Below are positions 41,368 through 49,884 of a DNA stretch of 49,884 bases, in pieces. The notes under the pieces were generated by a model that made no database searches, was not told the DNA's origin, and saw only the letters and a program-made list of their open reading frames with translations. The number at the start of each line of letters is the position of its first letter. The stretch's first letter is position 1. Both the position numbers and the translations under genes were made by a program. This DNA comes from an uncultured Eubacteriales bacterium (GTDB taxonomy: Bacteria; Bacillota; Clostridia; Lachnospirales; Lachnospiraceae), in the NCBI GenBank assembly GCA_900544525.1, contig UQVN01000001.1, positions 1-49,884 of the forward strand. The letters are read 5' to 3'.

Positions 41368-43098
41368 TTATTTGAATAATTCAATACGTCCTCCCACAGG
41401 ACAAGGAATTTCTTGAATTCCTGTCAAAAGCTGTTGTTCTTGTTTGAGAACATTTCCAAAACAATCCATAACGGTTACTTGTCTTTCTTCCTCTTTCTCC
41501 ATCTTTACAACAATACTCTTGACCTTTGTCCCATTTACAATAATCGTTTTTTCATATTCATTTCTAACAGAAACAACACGATTACCAGAATAACAAACAA
41601 TGACTTCTTTTGCTTCTTTATATCCTCGAACTTCTGGATATAAGTTGTGTGGCTCTTTTGCTTCAATTGGAGCTTCTTGTAACACATCTTTATGTTGTTT
41701 TGCGAATTTCATATAATTTTGAACCATACGTTTTTGTTCTTCTGTCATCCGATCCAGTCGTACAGAAAACTGCAATGTTCCAAATAAACAACTGATGATC
41801 TGAAGAGCTGCCTCTTCTGCCCGTTCCCCCTGATTCCACATCACCATGTCAGAATGAACCGCAGTGTTTCCACTTAATAATCTTAAATCGATAATTCCCA
41901 CACGATTGCTAATTCCAGAATTTGGACAGTCGCCAACTCTTAAAATATTTCCATATTGGCGAATCGTAGGTCCAATATAACGTTGTCGGAATTCAATTAA
42001 TACATCTTCTTTGATTGCTTTTAATGCTACCATTGTCTCTTGTAATAATAAATTCAGTGCTTCTTGGAGACAACTGCAATCCATCTTGTCATTTGATTTT
42101 GGAGTGGATTCTCTTTCATAAAATTCATCAATAAAGTCTAACTTTAATCCATCTAGATCCCATTCTTTGATTGCTGTTACATAAATATTTTTTAAATATT
42201 CTCGCACCTCTTGATATCGAATATCTAAAATTCCTGTTTTTTGTTCTTCATCCACTGCAATTAACTTATCATGGAATAAATTCCACATTTTAGAGTAATA
42301 ACCAACATAAGGAACACTAAACCAGAGAAGATATTTCATTCCCATCCCATGAACTTTTTGAACATGTTGTTTCATATCCTTTATTTTGCCTTCTGCTACT
42401 TTCCAATCCCCACAATAACCATAGCCTCGATTCGTATCATCTGTTTGCCATCCATCATCTACAATGACTGTTTCAAAGCCCATCTCCTTTGCAAGACGAC
42501 ATTCCTCTTCGATCTCCTCTGCAGTAAATTGTTGATGAAAAGAATACCAAAATGAATACATTGGTTCTTTTGCACTCTTAGGAATCATCGCCTCTTGTAA
42601 CTGACACTCCTCTTTCCACCAAGAGGTAACTCCTCGCAATGCTTCCTCATAGGCAACATCTCTTTCATCCATTAAAATTTTAATCTGATATTCTTTCTCC
42701 TCTAAAATACCCGCTTGAATTTCAATGACACATTTCATTGTTCCATCTTCTTCATGGACACCGAATTTCATCTTAACTTCTTTCTTTGTTTCAGAAACAG
42801 CAAAAGTTCCTCGATTTCTCCCCTCTTCATTAAAAAAGGCAATGACCGGCGCTGAAATGGAACTCATAACTCTATCGCCATAACTCCAATCGGCTCTAAG
42901 ACTTCGATCAAATTTACAAACTGGATGCCATCTTCCTGCAATATCGATTACTGGAAAATTCCATTCTGTTGTAATTACAACCTTTTCATCAATTGCTTTT
43001 AATGAAGGTTTCAAAGAAATGCTCATTTCTTTTCTTCCATCATCTAAATGTTTGCAAATATGCTCAATACTCCCTTGTCCATTCCACATTACTTTCAT
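41368..43098 (-). CDS. GH36-like / melibiase-superfamily glycoside hydrolase (short form, specificity unknown)
   Basis: The 576-aa ORF has a (beta/alpha)8-type core with VIVDDGWQTDD and LDGLKLDFIDEF (a K-x-D nucleophile-like context). It lacks the long GH36 N-terminal domain seen in AgaA. I chose the start at ATG 43098 because GGGAGG lies 7 nt upstream. Confidence 0.6.
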   Translation of the reverse strand: MKVMWNGQGSIEHICKHLDDGRKEMSISLKPSLKAIDEKVVITTEWNFPVIDIAGRWHPVCKFDRSLRADWSYGDRVMSSISAPVIAFFNEEGRNRGTFAVSETKKEVKMKFGVHEEDGTMKCVIEIQAGILEEKEYQIKILMDERDVAYEEALRGVTSWWKEECQLQEAMIPKSAKEPMYSFWYSFHQQFTAEEIEEECRLAKEMGFETVIVDDGWQTDDTNRGYGYCGDWKVAEGKIKDMKQHVQKVHGMGMKYLLWFSVPYVGYYSKMWNLFHDKLIAVDEEQKTGILDIRYQEVREYLKNIYVTAIKEWDLDGLKLDFIDEFYERESTPKSNDKMDCSCLQEALNLLLQETMVALKAIKEDVLIEFRQRYIGPTIRQYGNILRVGDCPNSGISNRVGIIDLRLLSGNTAVHSDMVMWNQGERAEEAALQIISCLFGTLQFSVRLDRMTEEQKRMVQNYMKFAKQHKDVLQEAPIEAKEPHNLYPEVRGYKEAKEVIVCYSGNRVVSVRNEYEKTIIVNGTKVKSIVVKMEKEEERQVTVMDCFGNVLKQEQQLLTGIQEIPCPVGGRIELFK

Positions 43099-43126
43099 TT
43101 CTCTACCTCCCAAATTATAAATTTCT

Positions 43127-43143
43127 AGTAAAAAAATTTTACT
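43127..43143. promoter_or_regulatory. perfect inverted repeat AGTAAAA-aaa-TTTTACT in the araC / locus-B divergent control region
   Basis: I read it directly: 7-bp arms at 43127-43133 and 43137-43143. It lies 29 nt upstream of the first locus-B gene and about 110 nt upstream of the araC ATG. Confidence 0.5.
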
Positions 43144-43179
43144 CCAAAGAAAATTATATCTGGTTCCTTTTTGCTTCAC

Positions 43180-43208
43180 TTGACATCTCTTTAAAATCCT
43201 CTTATGCT
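43180..43208 (+). promoter_or_regulatory. candidate promoter of the AraC-family regulator gene
   Basis: TTGACA lies at 43180-43185, followed by a 17-nt spacer and TATGCT at 43203-43208. Confidence 0.4.
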
Positions 43209-43253
43209 ATGAATAGAACAAACTTCACCAAACTATGCGAAATGAGGTCCAAC

Positions 43254-44123
43254 ATGAACACAAATATTTATTATGATGTTGTCGGTTTTCAATGTCTTGA
43301 TCACATTGAACATCAAACAAATGATTTATATCTTACAAGATGCGGTATTCAACATTGTCCAAGTACTCATAGTTGGGGACCCAAAATGCGCCCCCAGTAT
43401 CATATGCACTTTATACTAGACGGTGCTGGGTATTTTGAAATTGATAACCTACTATATCATTTAAAACGTGGTCAAATTTTTCTAATTCCTCCAAATACAG
43501 TCTCCCATTATTATGCAGAACCTTCTAACCCTTGGACATATGCTTTTATCAGCTTTCAAGGAAATAAAGCAGAACAATATGTTCGACAAGCTGGTTTTCA
43601 TAATAGCTATGTTCGCGACACCATTCTTTCACCAGAACAATTTTCTTCTCTTATTGAGGAAATGTTAAAAACACACCAACTCACAATTACCAATGAGTTA
43701 AAACGTGTTAGCCTATTATTTTCACTCTTTTCTCTCCTAACTGAGTCGAATAAAACGTCTCATGGCGTTCACCAAGAGCATGATTATTCTTCCGAAACGT
43801 ATTTTGAACACGCGCTCCAATATATTCAAATGAACTATATGCATCCAATCCATATTCAGGATATTGCTGATTATATCGGAATTACTCGTTCCTATCTGTT
43901 TCATATTTTTACGAAGAAGCTTCATTTATCTCCACAAAAATATTTGCTCAATTATCGAGTAGAAAAAGCAAAATATTTACTAGCTTCTACAAATCAATTG
44001 ATAAAGGACATTGCTTTCTCCGTTGGATACCCAGACTCCCTTGCTTTTTCTAGAATGTTTCGCAATGAAACTGGCATTTCTCCTTCTGAATTTCGAGAAA
44101 ACCTTTCTCAACATTTTGAATAG
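43254..44123 (+). CDS. AraC family transcriptional regulator (cupin sensor plus two HTH motifs)
   Basis: The C-terminal AraC-type HTH region is IQDIADYIGITRSYLFHIFTKK...IKDIAFSVGYPDSLAFSRMFRNETGISPSEFR. The N-terminal region is cupin-like. I chose the start at ATG 43254 (289 aa) because GAGG lies 6 nt upstream. The track start at 42993 lies inside the divergent gene. Confidence 0.88.
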   Translation: MNTNIYYDVVGFQCLDHIEHQTNDLYLTRCGIQHCPSTHSWGPKMRPQYHMHFILDGAGYFEIDNLLYHLKRGQIFLIPPNTVSHYYAEPSNPWTYAFISFQGNKAEQYVRQAGFHNSYVRDTILSPEQFSSLIEEMLKTHQLTITNELKRVSLLFSLFSLLTESNKTSHGVHQEHDYSSETYFEHALQYIQMNYMHPIHIQDIADYIGITRSYLFHIFTKKLHLSPQKYLLNYRVEKAKYLLASTNQLIKDIAFSVGYPDSLAFSRMFRNETGISPSEFRENLSQHFE

Positions 44124-44229
44124 CAAATATCTCTTTTTGATAGTATTCATTATACATTTTAAACAAAGGAAGCAAAATGGAAAAATGATAGATGGATATA
44201 GCAAAATGTCAAATCTTTCTATTCTACAA

Positions 44230-44258
44230 TTGACCAAACGTTTCTCTTGTGCTATACT
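44230..44258 (+). promoter_or_regulatory. strong sigma-A type promoter upstream of the MATE transporter leader
   Basis: TTGACC lies at 44230-44235, followed by a 17-nt spacer and an extended -10 TGcTATACT at 44250-44258. Confidence 0.6.
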
Positions 44259-44332
44259 TCACTTACAAAATTTTCTAAAATTCAAAAAAATATCACAAAT
44301 ACTCCCGTTTGCCACCGGGTAAACGGAAAAAA

Positions 44333-44387
44333 GTATCTGAACATATGCCCGTAGGTCTTTGGAGGTATGTGTTTAGGTACTTTTTTT
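44333..44387 (+). terminator. intrinsic terminator within the 5' leader of the MATE gene (candidate attenuator)
   Basis: A 17-bp stem pairs 44333-44349 with 44364-44380, including 4 G-T pairs, around a 14-nt loop. It is followed by TTTTTTT at 44381-44387 and ends 40 nt before the MATE ATG. Confidence 0.65.
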
Positions 44388-44427
44388 AGCTATATTAACT
44401 TTTATTAAATTAGGATGAGGTGTTACT

Positions 44428-45738
44428 ATGAAATCATTAAAACAAGAATTTTCCAAATATGTATGTTTTAACATTTTAGGAATGTTAGGTCTTTCCTTCT
44501 ACATTTTAGCAGATACTTATTTTATCTCTGCCAAATTAGGAAGTATTGGTCTCACTTCCTTAAATATTGCTATTCCTGTTTATAGCTTAATTAGTGCTCT
44601 TGGGATTATGATTGGAATTGGTGGTTCTACTCGGTATAGTATTTATCAATCACAACAACACCAAGAACGAGCAAACCAAATATTTACCTTCTCCATTTTA
44701 CTAGGAGTAATTCTTGGTATTTGTTTTCTTCTCATTGGTATCTTTTTCTCCACTCCTATTGCTTATATGCTCGGTGCAAGAGAAGAAATATTACCAAACA
44801 CGAGTATCTATTTAAAAACGATTATGAGCTTTGCTCCTTTTTTCCTTTTAAATAATATATTCATCGCCTATATTCGAAACGATTTTGCCCCAAGACTATC
44901 CATGATAGCAATGCTAACAGGAAGTTTTTCCAATATTATTTTAGACTATGTCTTTATGTTTCCTCTGAATATGGGAATGTTTGGTGCTGCCTTTGCAACA
45001 GGGCTTTCTCCTGTCATCAGCTTATTGATCTTGATAAGTCATTTTTTCAATCCAAAGCATCAACTCCATTTTCATTTTCAAAGAAACTGTATTTCCTTCC
45101 GCTCATTACAAAATATTATCTCCCTTGGAATTTCTTCCTTTATCAATGAATTTTCTTCGGGAATCGTTCTGATCATATTTAACCTATTGCTCCTAAAATA
45201 TACTGGAAATACTGGTGTTGCCGCTTATGGAATCGTTGCAAACCTTTCCTTAATTTCTGTTGCTGTATTTACAGGAATCGCACAGGGAAGCCAGCCACTG
45301 ATCAGCTCTTATTATGGAAAAGGAGATTCTCTTTCCGTGAGAAAGCTCTATTCCTTCTCTTATATCACTGGCCTTGTTCTTGGTATTTTCATTGTTCTTG
45401 GCGTTTATATCTTTACAGATCCACTTATCGCCATTTTTAACAGTGAGCAAGATGAACAACTTAGAACCCTTGCCTTTACTGGACTTCGCCTTTATTTCAT
45501 CGGCTTCTTTTTTGCTGGTAGTAACATTGTTTCTACCGCTTGGTTTAGTGCTGTAGAACAAGCAAAGAAAGCCTTTATTTTATCCTTTTTCCGAGGAGCG
45601 ATTGGTATTATCCCAGTGGTCATCCTTCTCTCCTCTGTCCTTCAGATGACAGGAATCTGGATCGCATTTCCAACAACGGAATTACTGTGTACGATTCTTT
45701 GCTTTTTCTTTTTATACCACTATAAAAAAAGTTTATAA
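44428..45738 (+). CDS. MATE family efflux transporter
   Basis: The 436-aa protein has 12 predicted TM helices with MATE-like two-fold organisation. GAGG lies 8 nt upstream. Confidence 0.85.
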   Translation: MKSLKQEFSKYVCFNILGMLGLSFYILADTYFISAKLGSIGLTSLNIAIPVYSLISALGIMIGIGGSTRYSIYQSQQHQERANQIFTFSILLGVILGICFLLIGIFFSTPIAYMLGAREEILPNTSIYLKTIMSFAPFFLLNNIFIAYIRNDFAPRLSMIAMLTGSFSNIILDYVFMFPLNMGMFGAAFATGLSPVISLLILISHFFNPKHQLHFHFQRNCISFRSLQNIISLGISSFINEFSSGIVLIIFNLLLLKYTGNTGVAAYGIVANLSLISVAVFTGIAQGSQPLISSYYGKGDSLSVRKLYSFSYITGLVLGIFIVLGVYIFTDPLIAIFNSEQDEQLRTLAFTGLRLYFIGFFFAGSNIVSTAWFSAVEQAKKAFILSFFRGAIGIIPVVILLSSVLQMTGIWIAFPTTELLCTILCFFFLYHYKKSL

Positions 45739-45745
45739 AAAAATT

Positions 45746-45778
45746 AGCTCGCCATTTAAAAAAATGACGAGCTTTTTT
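45746..45778. terminator. bidirectional terminator between the convergent MATE and esterase genes
   Basis: The stem pairs agctcgccat (45746-45755) with atgacgagct (45763-45772), with one mismatch. A T-run lies at 45773-45778 and an A-run lies upstream. Confidence 0.65.
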
Positions 45779-45919
45779 CTGTATCATACAAAACTCTTTT
45801 CTCTCTATGATTTCATACAAAATAATCTCATTATTCGTTATATTACCTTAGCCTCAGTTTCTGAAACATCTTTTCTCAAAGAAATTGCGAACAATACCTT
45901 TTTTTATCCATAGATAACA

Positions 45920-47482
45920 TTAATGCTGGATTTGATCAGACATCTCCGCCATCATTGCCATAAGATCAAACTTTGGTGATGCCGCAATATGAAGCTGTAA
46001 TAAACGATCATCGAAATTGTGGCGAACTTCACATTCTCTATCAAATACCATCGTAGCTTCATCTCCCTCTTTTGACGCCTTCCACTCTGGAATTAAGTCA
46101 TGGTTTGGATTGCCTGTTCTTGCAAACTGTATGACAGCTTTAAACATCTGTTCTTCTAACTTATCGGACACTTCTGGAATGTTTGCCACTGGTACAAGTT
46201 CTGTATTATGGAATACAAATGGAATATCAGAGCAATGCCATGCTGTTTTATTATGCTGATATGGGAACTCTAATGCAAAGACGTAAGAATATGCCGTTCC
46301 TCCTGCCTTTGCAAACTCTTTTACAAATTGTTTTGCTGGACAACGGAAGATGGTATCTAAGGTCAATAAATCTGCTATATTTTTGTTTGGATACACTTTT
46401 TTAAATTCCTCGATCAACTCTTCTGTGCCCGCTCCAAATCTCTTGGTTAAAATCTCTTTTATGCCTTCTTCTGGTACTTCATCTTTAAAGAATGGAAGTG
46501 GAACCATCGCAAATTCTCCAAATACCGTTCCTACCATAAGTGGCACATGAATAGCTTCTTTACGAAATCCTACTTCTGTTCCTTCTCCTTTATAATAAGC
46601 GTTTGGTTTTGGTGTACAGCCAATATATTCTCCTTGCATTGCAAGAGCTGGACTCACTTTATTATAAGCATTTGCTAGTTCGTAATAAGGAATTGTTTCT
46701 AATCTTTCTACTTCATCTTCTTTTAATCCAAGTTCCTTTAATAATGCCAGAATGAGTGGAGTAGAATCTTTTGTAGAGTAGGTCATCAAATCTCCAGCCA
46801 CTCCACTCATAATGATTCCTTTTTGGAATAAACCGTCTGCTTTTGGCATCTGCAATAACGCACTAATCTTCATTCCACCGCCTGATTGTCCAAATACGGT
46901 TACATTTTCTGGATCTCCGCCAAACGCTTCAATGTTTTCTTTCACCCAAGAAAGCGCCGCAATTAAGTCCTCTTGTCCCGCATTAGCAGAATCCGCATAT
47001 TTTTCTCCATATTGAGAAAGATCCAAATATCCTAAAATATTCAAGCGATGGTTCACACTGACAACCACAACATCGCCATATTTGCTCATATTTTTTCCAT
47101 TATACGCTTTTTGTTCAATGGAACTTCCCATAGAAAACGCTCCACCATGAATCCAGACAAGAACTGGCTTTTTTGCCCCTCTTTCTAATGTCTGTGTCCA
47201 AATATTTAGATTCAAACAATTTTCATTTTGTGGCCAATAACGATGCGGTACTAATAATTCTCCTTGTGGGTTGTCTTGCTGTAACATTGGACATACAAAT
47301 CCATAAGAAGTTGCCTCTTTGACTCCTTCCCAAGGCTCCACTGCTACTGGTTGTTGGAAACGTTCCGCTTTTGCGTAAGGAATTCCTTTAAAAACATAGA
47401 TTCCTTCGCTTTGATATCCGCGGAGTTTTCCTTCTTTTACTTCTACTACTGGTAAATCGTCAAAATTAAATTGTTTTGCCAT
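45920..47482 (-). CDS. type-B carboxylesterase/lipase family protein (para-nitrobenzyl esterase-like)
   Basis: It has an oxyanion-hole motif HGGAF and a nucleophile elbow GQSGGG. I chose the start at ATG 47482 (MAKQFN...) because GGGAGA lies upstream. Confidence 0.88.
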   Translation of the reverse strand: MAKQFNFDDLPVVEVKEGKLRGYQSEGIYVFKGIPYAKAERFQQPVAVEPWEGVKEATSYGFVCPMLQQDNPQGELLVPHRYWPQNENCLNLNIWTQTLERGAKKPVLVWIHGGAFSMGSSIEQKAYNGKNMSKYGDVVVVSVNHRLNILGYLDLSQYGEKYADSANAGQEDLIAALSWVKENIEAFGGDPENVTVFGQSGGGMKISALLQMPKADGLFQKGIIMSGVAGDLMTYSTKDSTPLILALLKELGLKEDEVERLETIPYYELANAYNKVSPALAMQGEYIGCTPKPNAYYKGEGTEVGFRKEAIHVPLMVGTVFGEFAMVPLPFFKDEVPEEGIKEILTKRFGAGTEELIEEFKKVYPNKNIADLLTLDTIFRCPAKQFVKEFAKAGGTAYSYVFALEFPYQHNKTAWHCSDIPFVFHNTELVPVANIPEVSDKLEEQMFKAVIQFARTGNPNHDLIPEWKASKEGDEATMVFDRECEVRHNFDDRLLQLHIAASPKFDLMAMMAEMSDQIQH

Positions 47483-47575
47483 TTTGCTTTTCTCCCATTT
47501 TCTTATGTCTTCCCATATCCCCAACATAGTAAAGACTTTTATTTCTATCTATTTTCCTTGCTCTCTATTTCTCTT

Positions 47576-49834
47576 TCATCGCTTATATCGTCTTGTTCTT
47601 TCATCGGAAATAACTCCTTCAAAATTCATACCATATCCAAAATCATAACGGTGACCTTCACTATCTTCATAACATTCCATATCAAATGCCACATCTTCGT
47701 CTTGATTTTCTACCGTTTCCATATCCATTGGCAACTGAATTGGCAGCAGTCCAATTGGATCAAATTTTCCAGTAACCACATCAAGTACGGCTTCTGGCTG
47801 CACACCATAATCAACTAACAGTGCATCTGCATATGGTTCTACTTCTGCCATAACCATTGGATTTTTTAAAGAAATGGATACAACTACTGGTTTTTCTCCC
47901 ATTTGTTCTTTTGTTCGAATTACCAAATCCAAATCTTCTTCATTGGCAGCCGTATTTTTCTTTCCTTTGTAGCTTCGGTTTGTAAAGTTTTCTAATGGAT
48001 CTCCTCCTGCAATACTAATCTCTCTTGCATTTTTTGCTTCATATGGACGATATTGCAACGTAATTGGCACGTATCCATTTCCTCCTTGTTCCCTGTCTTT
48101 TGGATCGTATCCTACGGATATCGGAGATTCAATCAGACAAAGAGCAAAATCTGCTTCTTCTGGTGTCGTAACCACTGTAAAATAGTTTGTTGCATAGCGT
48201 TTTCCAGCTGGTTCTACCTCTTCATCGTTTGTATAAGCACTCATAAAATTTAGATATGGACGAATATGACGATTTGGAATATATACCTTTAACCCTTCTT
48301 TTACTGGCAATATACTGTTTTTATTTTTTAATAAGGTAATCGATTTGAGCTGAGATTCATATCCTTTTTCTACAAATTCTTTACAACCAACCGTCTTTAA
48401 AGACTGTTCCAAGTCAAGATATGGATTCTCAAACAATCCTGTGCGGAAAATATTTAACAACAAACGATAAGCAGAGCGTTCAAATCGCTTACGCATAACA
48501 TCTTCTCCATATTTCGCACAGCCCATCTGATATGCTTCCAATACTGGTTCTACATCATTGTTCCCTCCAAATTGATCCACACCTGCTTCCAATGCCTTTA
48601 GGTGTCGTTCTCCCTCGCTAAGACCTTCTACACCCCAACATTTTCCAGCAAACTCTTCCTCTGTCTGACCGATATCATGCGTAATCTCCCAGTCCGTACA
48701 TACAACACCATCGTATCCTAGTTCTTCTCTTAACAAATCTTGAATCAAATATTTATTATAGGCATTTCCCACATTTTCCCCATATTTTTTATCAATTCCA
48801 TAAGAAACCGTATAATATGGCATAACAGCACTCGCTTTTTTCGTACCATCGTCTAATGAAAACGCCCCTTCTGTAAATGGTTTTAAATGTTCCACAAAAT
48901 TATTTCCTGGATAAACCGCATATTTTCCATAAGCATAATGGGCATCTCTTCCCGCTTCACAAGGTCCACCTCCTGGAAAGTGTTTGACCATTGTATTGAC
49001 ACTGTCTTTTCCCCAGCCATCTTTTGTTCCTTTTGTCGTTTGGAATCCATCACAATACGCTTTTGTCATCGCAATCGTCATATCCGTATGTTCTCCAAAC
49101 GTATCGGCAAACCGCATCCATCTTGGCTCCGTTGCTAAGTCAATCTGAGGAGAGAGTGCCGTTGTAATTCCTAATGCACGATATTCTTTTGAACCGATTT
49201 CTCCAAATTCTTTTACTGCATCCACATCAAATGCGGCAGTTAATCCAATTCCATTTGCCCATTTGGAAATCGGCTCACCTGTCACTCCCATATATTCTGC
49301 AGTAGAGCCTACCCCATGTCTTGGATCGGTACTATTGTTAATCGGAATTCCATATCCTGAACTTTCTGCTAATGCCTGTATGTTGTTATTCCAGCGAACT
49401 GCTGTTTCGGTATCCTCCAACTTCATAACAAGTACATGACGTACTCTATCCTTTACAATGAATTCCTTTTGCTGATCCGTTAAATCCCATGGATTTACTT
49501 TACTTTCATCAAAAGATTTTCCATCATATGTCCCTCCAAATACTTTCGCTAATTCTCCTTTTGCTGGAATGATTTGATGGGCACTATATAACATAAGACC
49601 TGCAATATCTTCAATCGAAAGACGAGCTGCCAAATCTCTTGCACGCTCTTCATAAGAAAGCCTCCAATCTTCATATGGTAACAGTTGTCCATTTCCTAAA
49701 AAGTCTTTAAATGCATATCCATCTACGGTAAGAACATTTACTTTACTGTTTGAAGCAATTCCTAACTCTGCTCCTCCTTCATTTTCAATCCTTTTATAAC
49801 CATCTTTTTCTTCTATTTTCCACTTTTGTAGCAT
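47576..49834 (-). CDS. GH3 glycoside hydrolase (beta-glucosidase/beta-xylosidase-like)
   Basis: The 752-aa ORF has a KHFPGGG motif, a nucleophile context GVVCTDW, and the GH3 N- and C-terminal domain layout. Confidence 0.88.
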   Translation of the reverse strand: MLQKWKIEEKDGYKRIENEGGAELGIASNSKVNVLTVDGYAFKDFLGNGQLLPYEDWRLSYEERARDLAARLSIEDIAGLMLYSAHQIIPAKGELAKVFGGTYDGKSFDESKVNPWDLTDQQKEFIVKDRVRHVLVMKLEDTETAVRWNNNIQALAESSGYGIPINNSTDPRHGVGSTAEYMGVTGEPISKWANGIGLTAAFDVDAVKEFGEIGSKEYRALGITTALSPQIDLATEPRWMRFADTFGEHTDMTIAMTKAYCDGFQTTKGTKDGWGKDSVNTMVKHFPGGGPCEAGRDAHYAYGKYAVYPGNNFVEHLKPFTEGAFSLDDGTKKASAVMPYYTVSYGIDKKYGENVGNAYNKYLIQDLLREELGYDGVVCTDWEITHDIGQTEEEFAGKCWGVEGLSEGERHLKALEAGVDQFGGNNDVEPVLEAYQMGCAKYGEDVMRKRFERSAYRLLLNIFRTGLFENPYLDLEQSLKTVGCKEFVEKGYESQLKSITLLKNKNSILPVKEGLKVYIPNRHIRPYLNFMSAYTNDEEVEPAGKRYATNYFTVVTTPEEADFALCLIESPISVGYDPKDREQGGNGYVPITLQYRPYEAKNAREISIAGGDPLENFTNRSYKGKKNTAANEEDLDLVIRTKEQMGEKPVVVSISLKNPMVMAEVEPYADALLVDYGVQPEAVLDVVTGKFDPIGLLPIQLPMDMETVENQDEDVAFDMECYEDSEGHRYDFGYGMNFEGVISDERTRRYKR

Positions 49835-49884
49835 TCTCTTTTACGCTCCCTCTTTATTCACTATAAATATTTTCTTTCTATTTC

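Noticed and set aside
43114-43119. Perfect TATAAT (minus strand) just upstream of the GH36-like gene
   Set aside because: It lies only 2-3 nt from the GGGAGG RBS, so a transcript started from it would lack the RBS. It is probably a chance hexamer in AT-rich DNA. A second TATAAT at 43153-43158 is a better but still unsupported candidate, because its -35 is poor.
42993-43253. 87-codon N-terminal extension of the AraC ORF overlapping the divergent GH36-like gene
   Set aside because: It would overlap the minus-strand gene and its promoter region. ATG 43254 has a GAGG RBS and yields a typical 289-aa AraC protein.
44011-44322. 103-aa plus-strand ORF spanning the araC 3' end and the downstream spacer, including an internal 45-codon ORF from ATG 44185
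   Set aside because: It is out of frame within araC and shows no homology. The internal ATG lies upstream of the predicted MATE promoter, so it would not be on the leader transcript. It has only a weak RBS.
44300-44330. Assignment of the MATE leader hairpin to the preQ1-I, fluoride (crcB), guanidine-II (mini-ykkC) or ZTP riboswitch classes
   Set aside because: The short stem plus A-rich tail superficially resembles preQ1-I. However, the conserved loop and tail nucleotides are absent, as are the GAUG elements of crcB, the paired ACGR tetraloops of mini-ykkC and the CCGCCUGGG-type 3' element of ZTP as I remember them. The gene context does not fit preQ1 either.

Overview
This is a low-GC (about 35%) Firmicutes/Clostridia-like chromosomal segment with dense, mostly minus-strand, operon-style packing. 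I found no rRNA, tRNA, CRISPR array, transposase, integrase or phage genes. The content falls into four groups. (1) Two carbohydrate-utilisation loci. Locus A (2.5-13.8 kb) encodes a LacI regulator, beta-phosphoglucomutase, a DMT transporter, a GH65 phosphorylase, a GH2 beta-galactosidase and a CUT1-type ABC importer. Locus B (35.9-44.1 kb) encodes a GH36 alpha-galactosidase, a paralogous ABC importer, a short GH36-like hydrolase and a divergent AraC regulator. (2) A tetrapyrrole/cobalamin gene set in two blocks. The first is cobT-cobS-hemC/cobA/hemD-cbiH-hemA-cbiF-hemL-sirC at 14.3-23.9 kb. The second is cbiG, a double-length cobU and a CN-hydrolase at 29.9-33.1 kb. (3) Between those blocks sits a plus-strand MoxR / DUF58 / TgpA-like transglutaminase module, followed by upp and rpiB. 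(4) Flanking genes are cfa, an M42 peptidase, an M24 peptidase, an EutH-family permease, a MATE exporter, a type-B carboxylesterase and a GH3 glycosidase. I see no clear-cut novel multi-gene system. The items most worth follow-up are the functionally opaque MoxR-DUF58-transglutaminase triad, three unusual B12 gene architectures (a HemC-SUMT-HemD triple fusion, a tandem CobU, and a nitrilase-superfamily enzyme coupled to cobU), and a promoter plus terminator-containing leader upstream of the MATE gene that I cannot assign to any known riboswitch class. All functional calls come from motif and family recognition by eye on the supplied translations. No database search was run.
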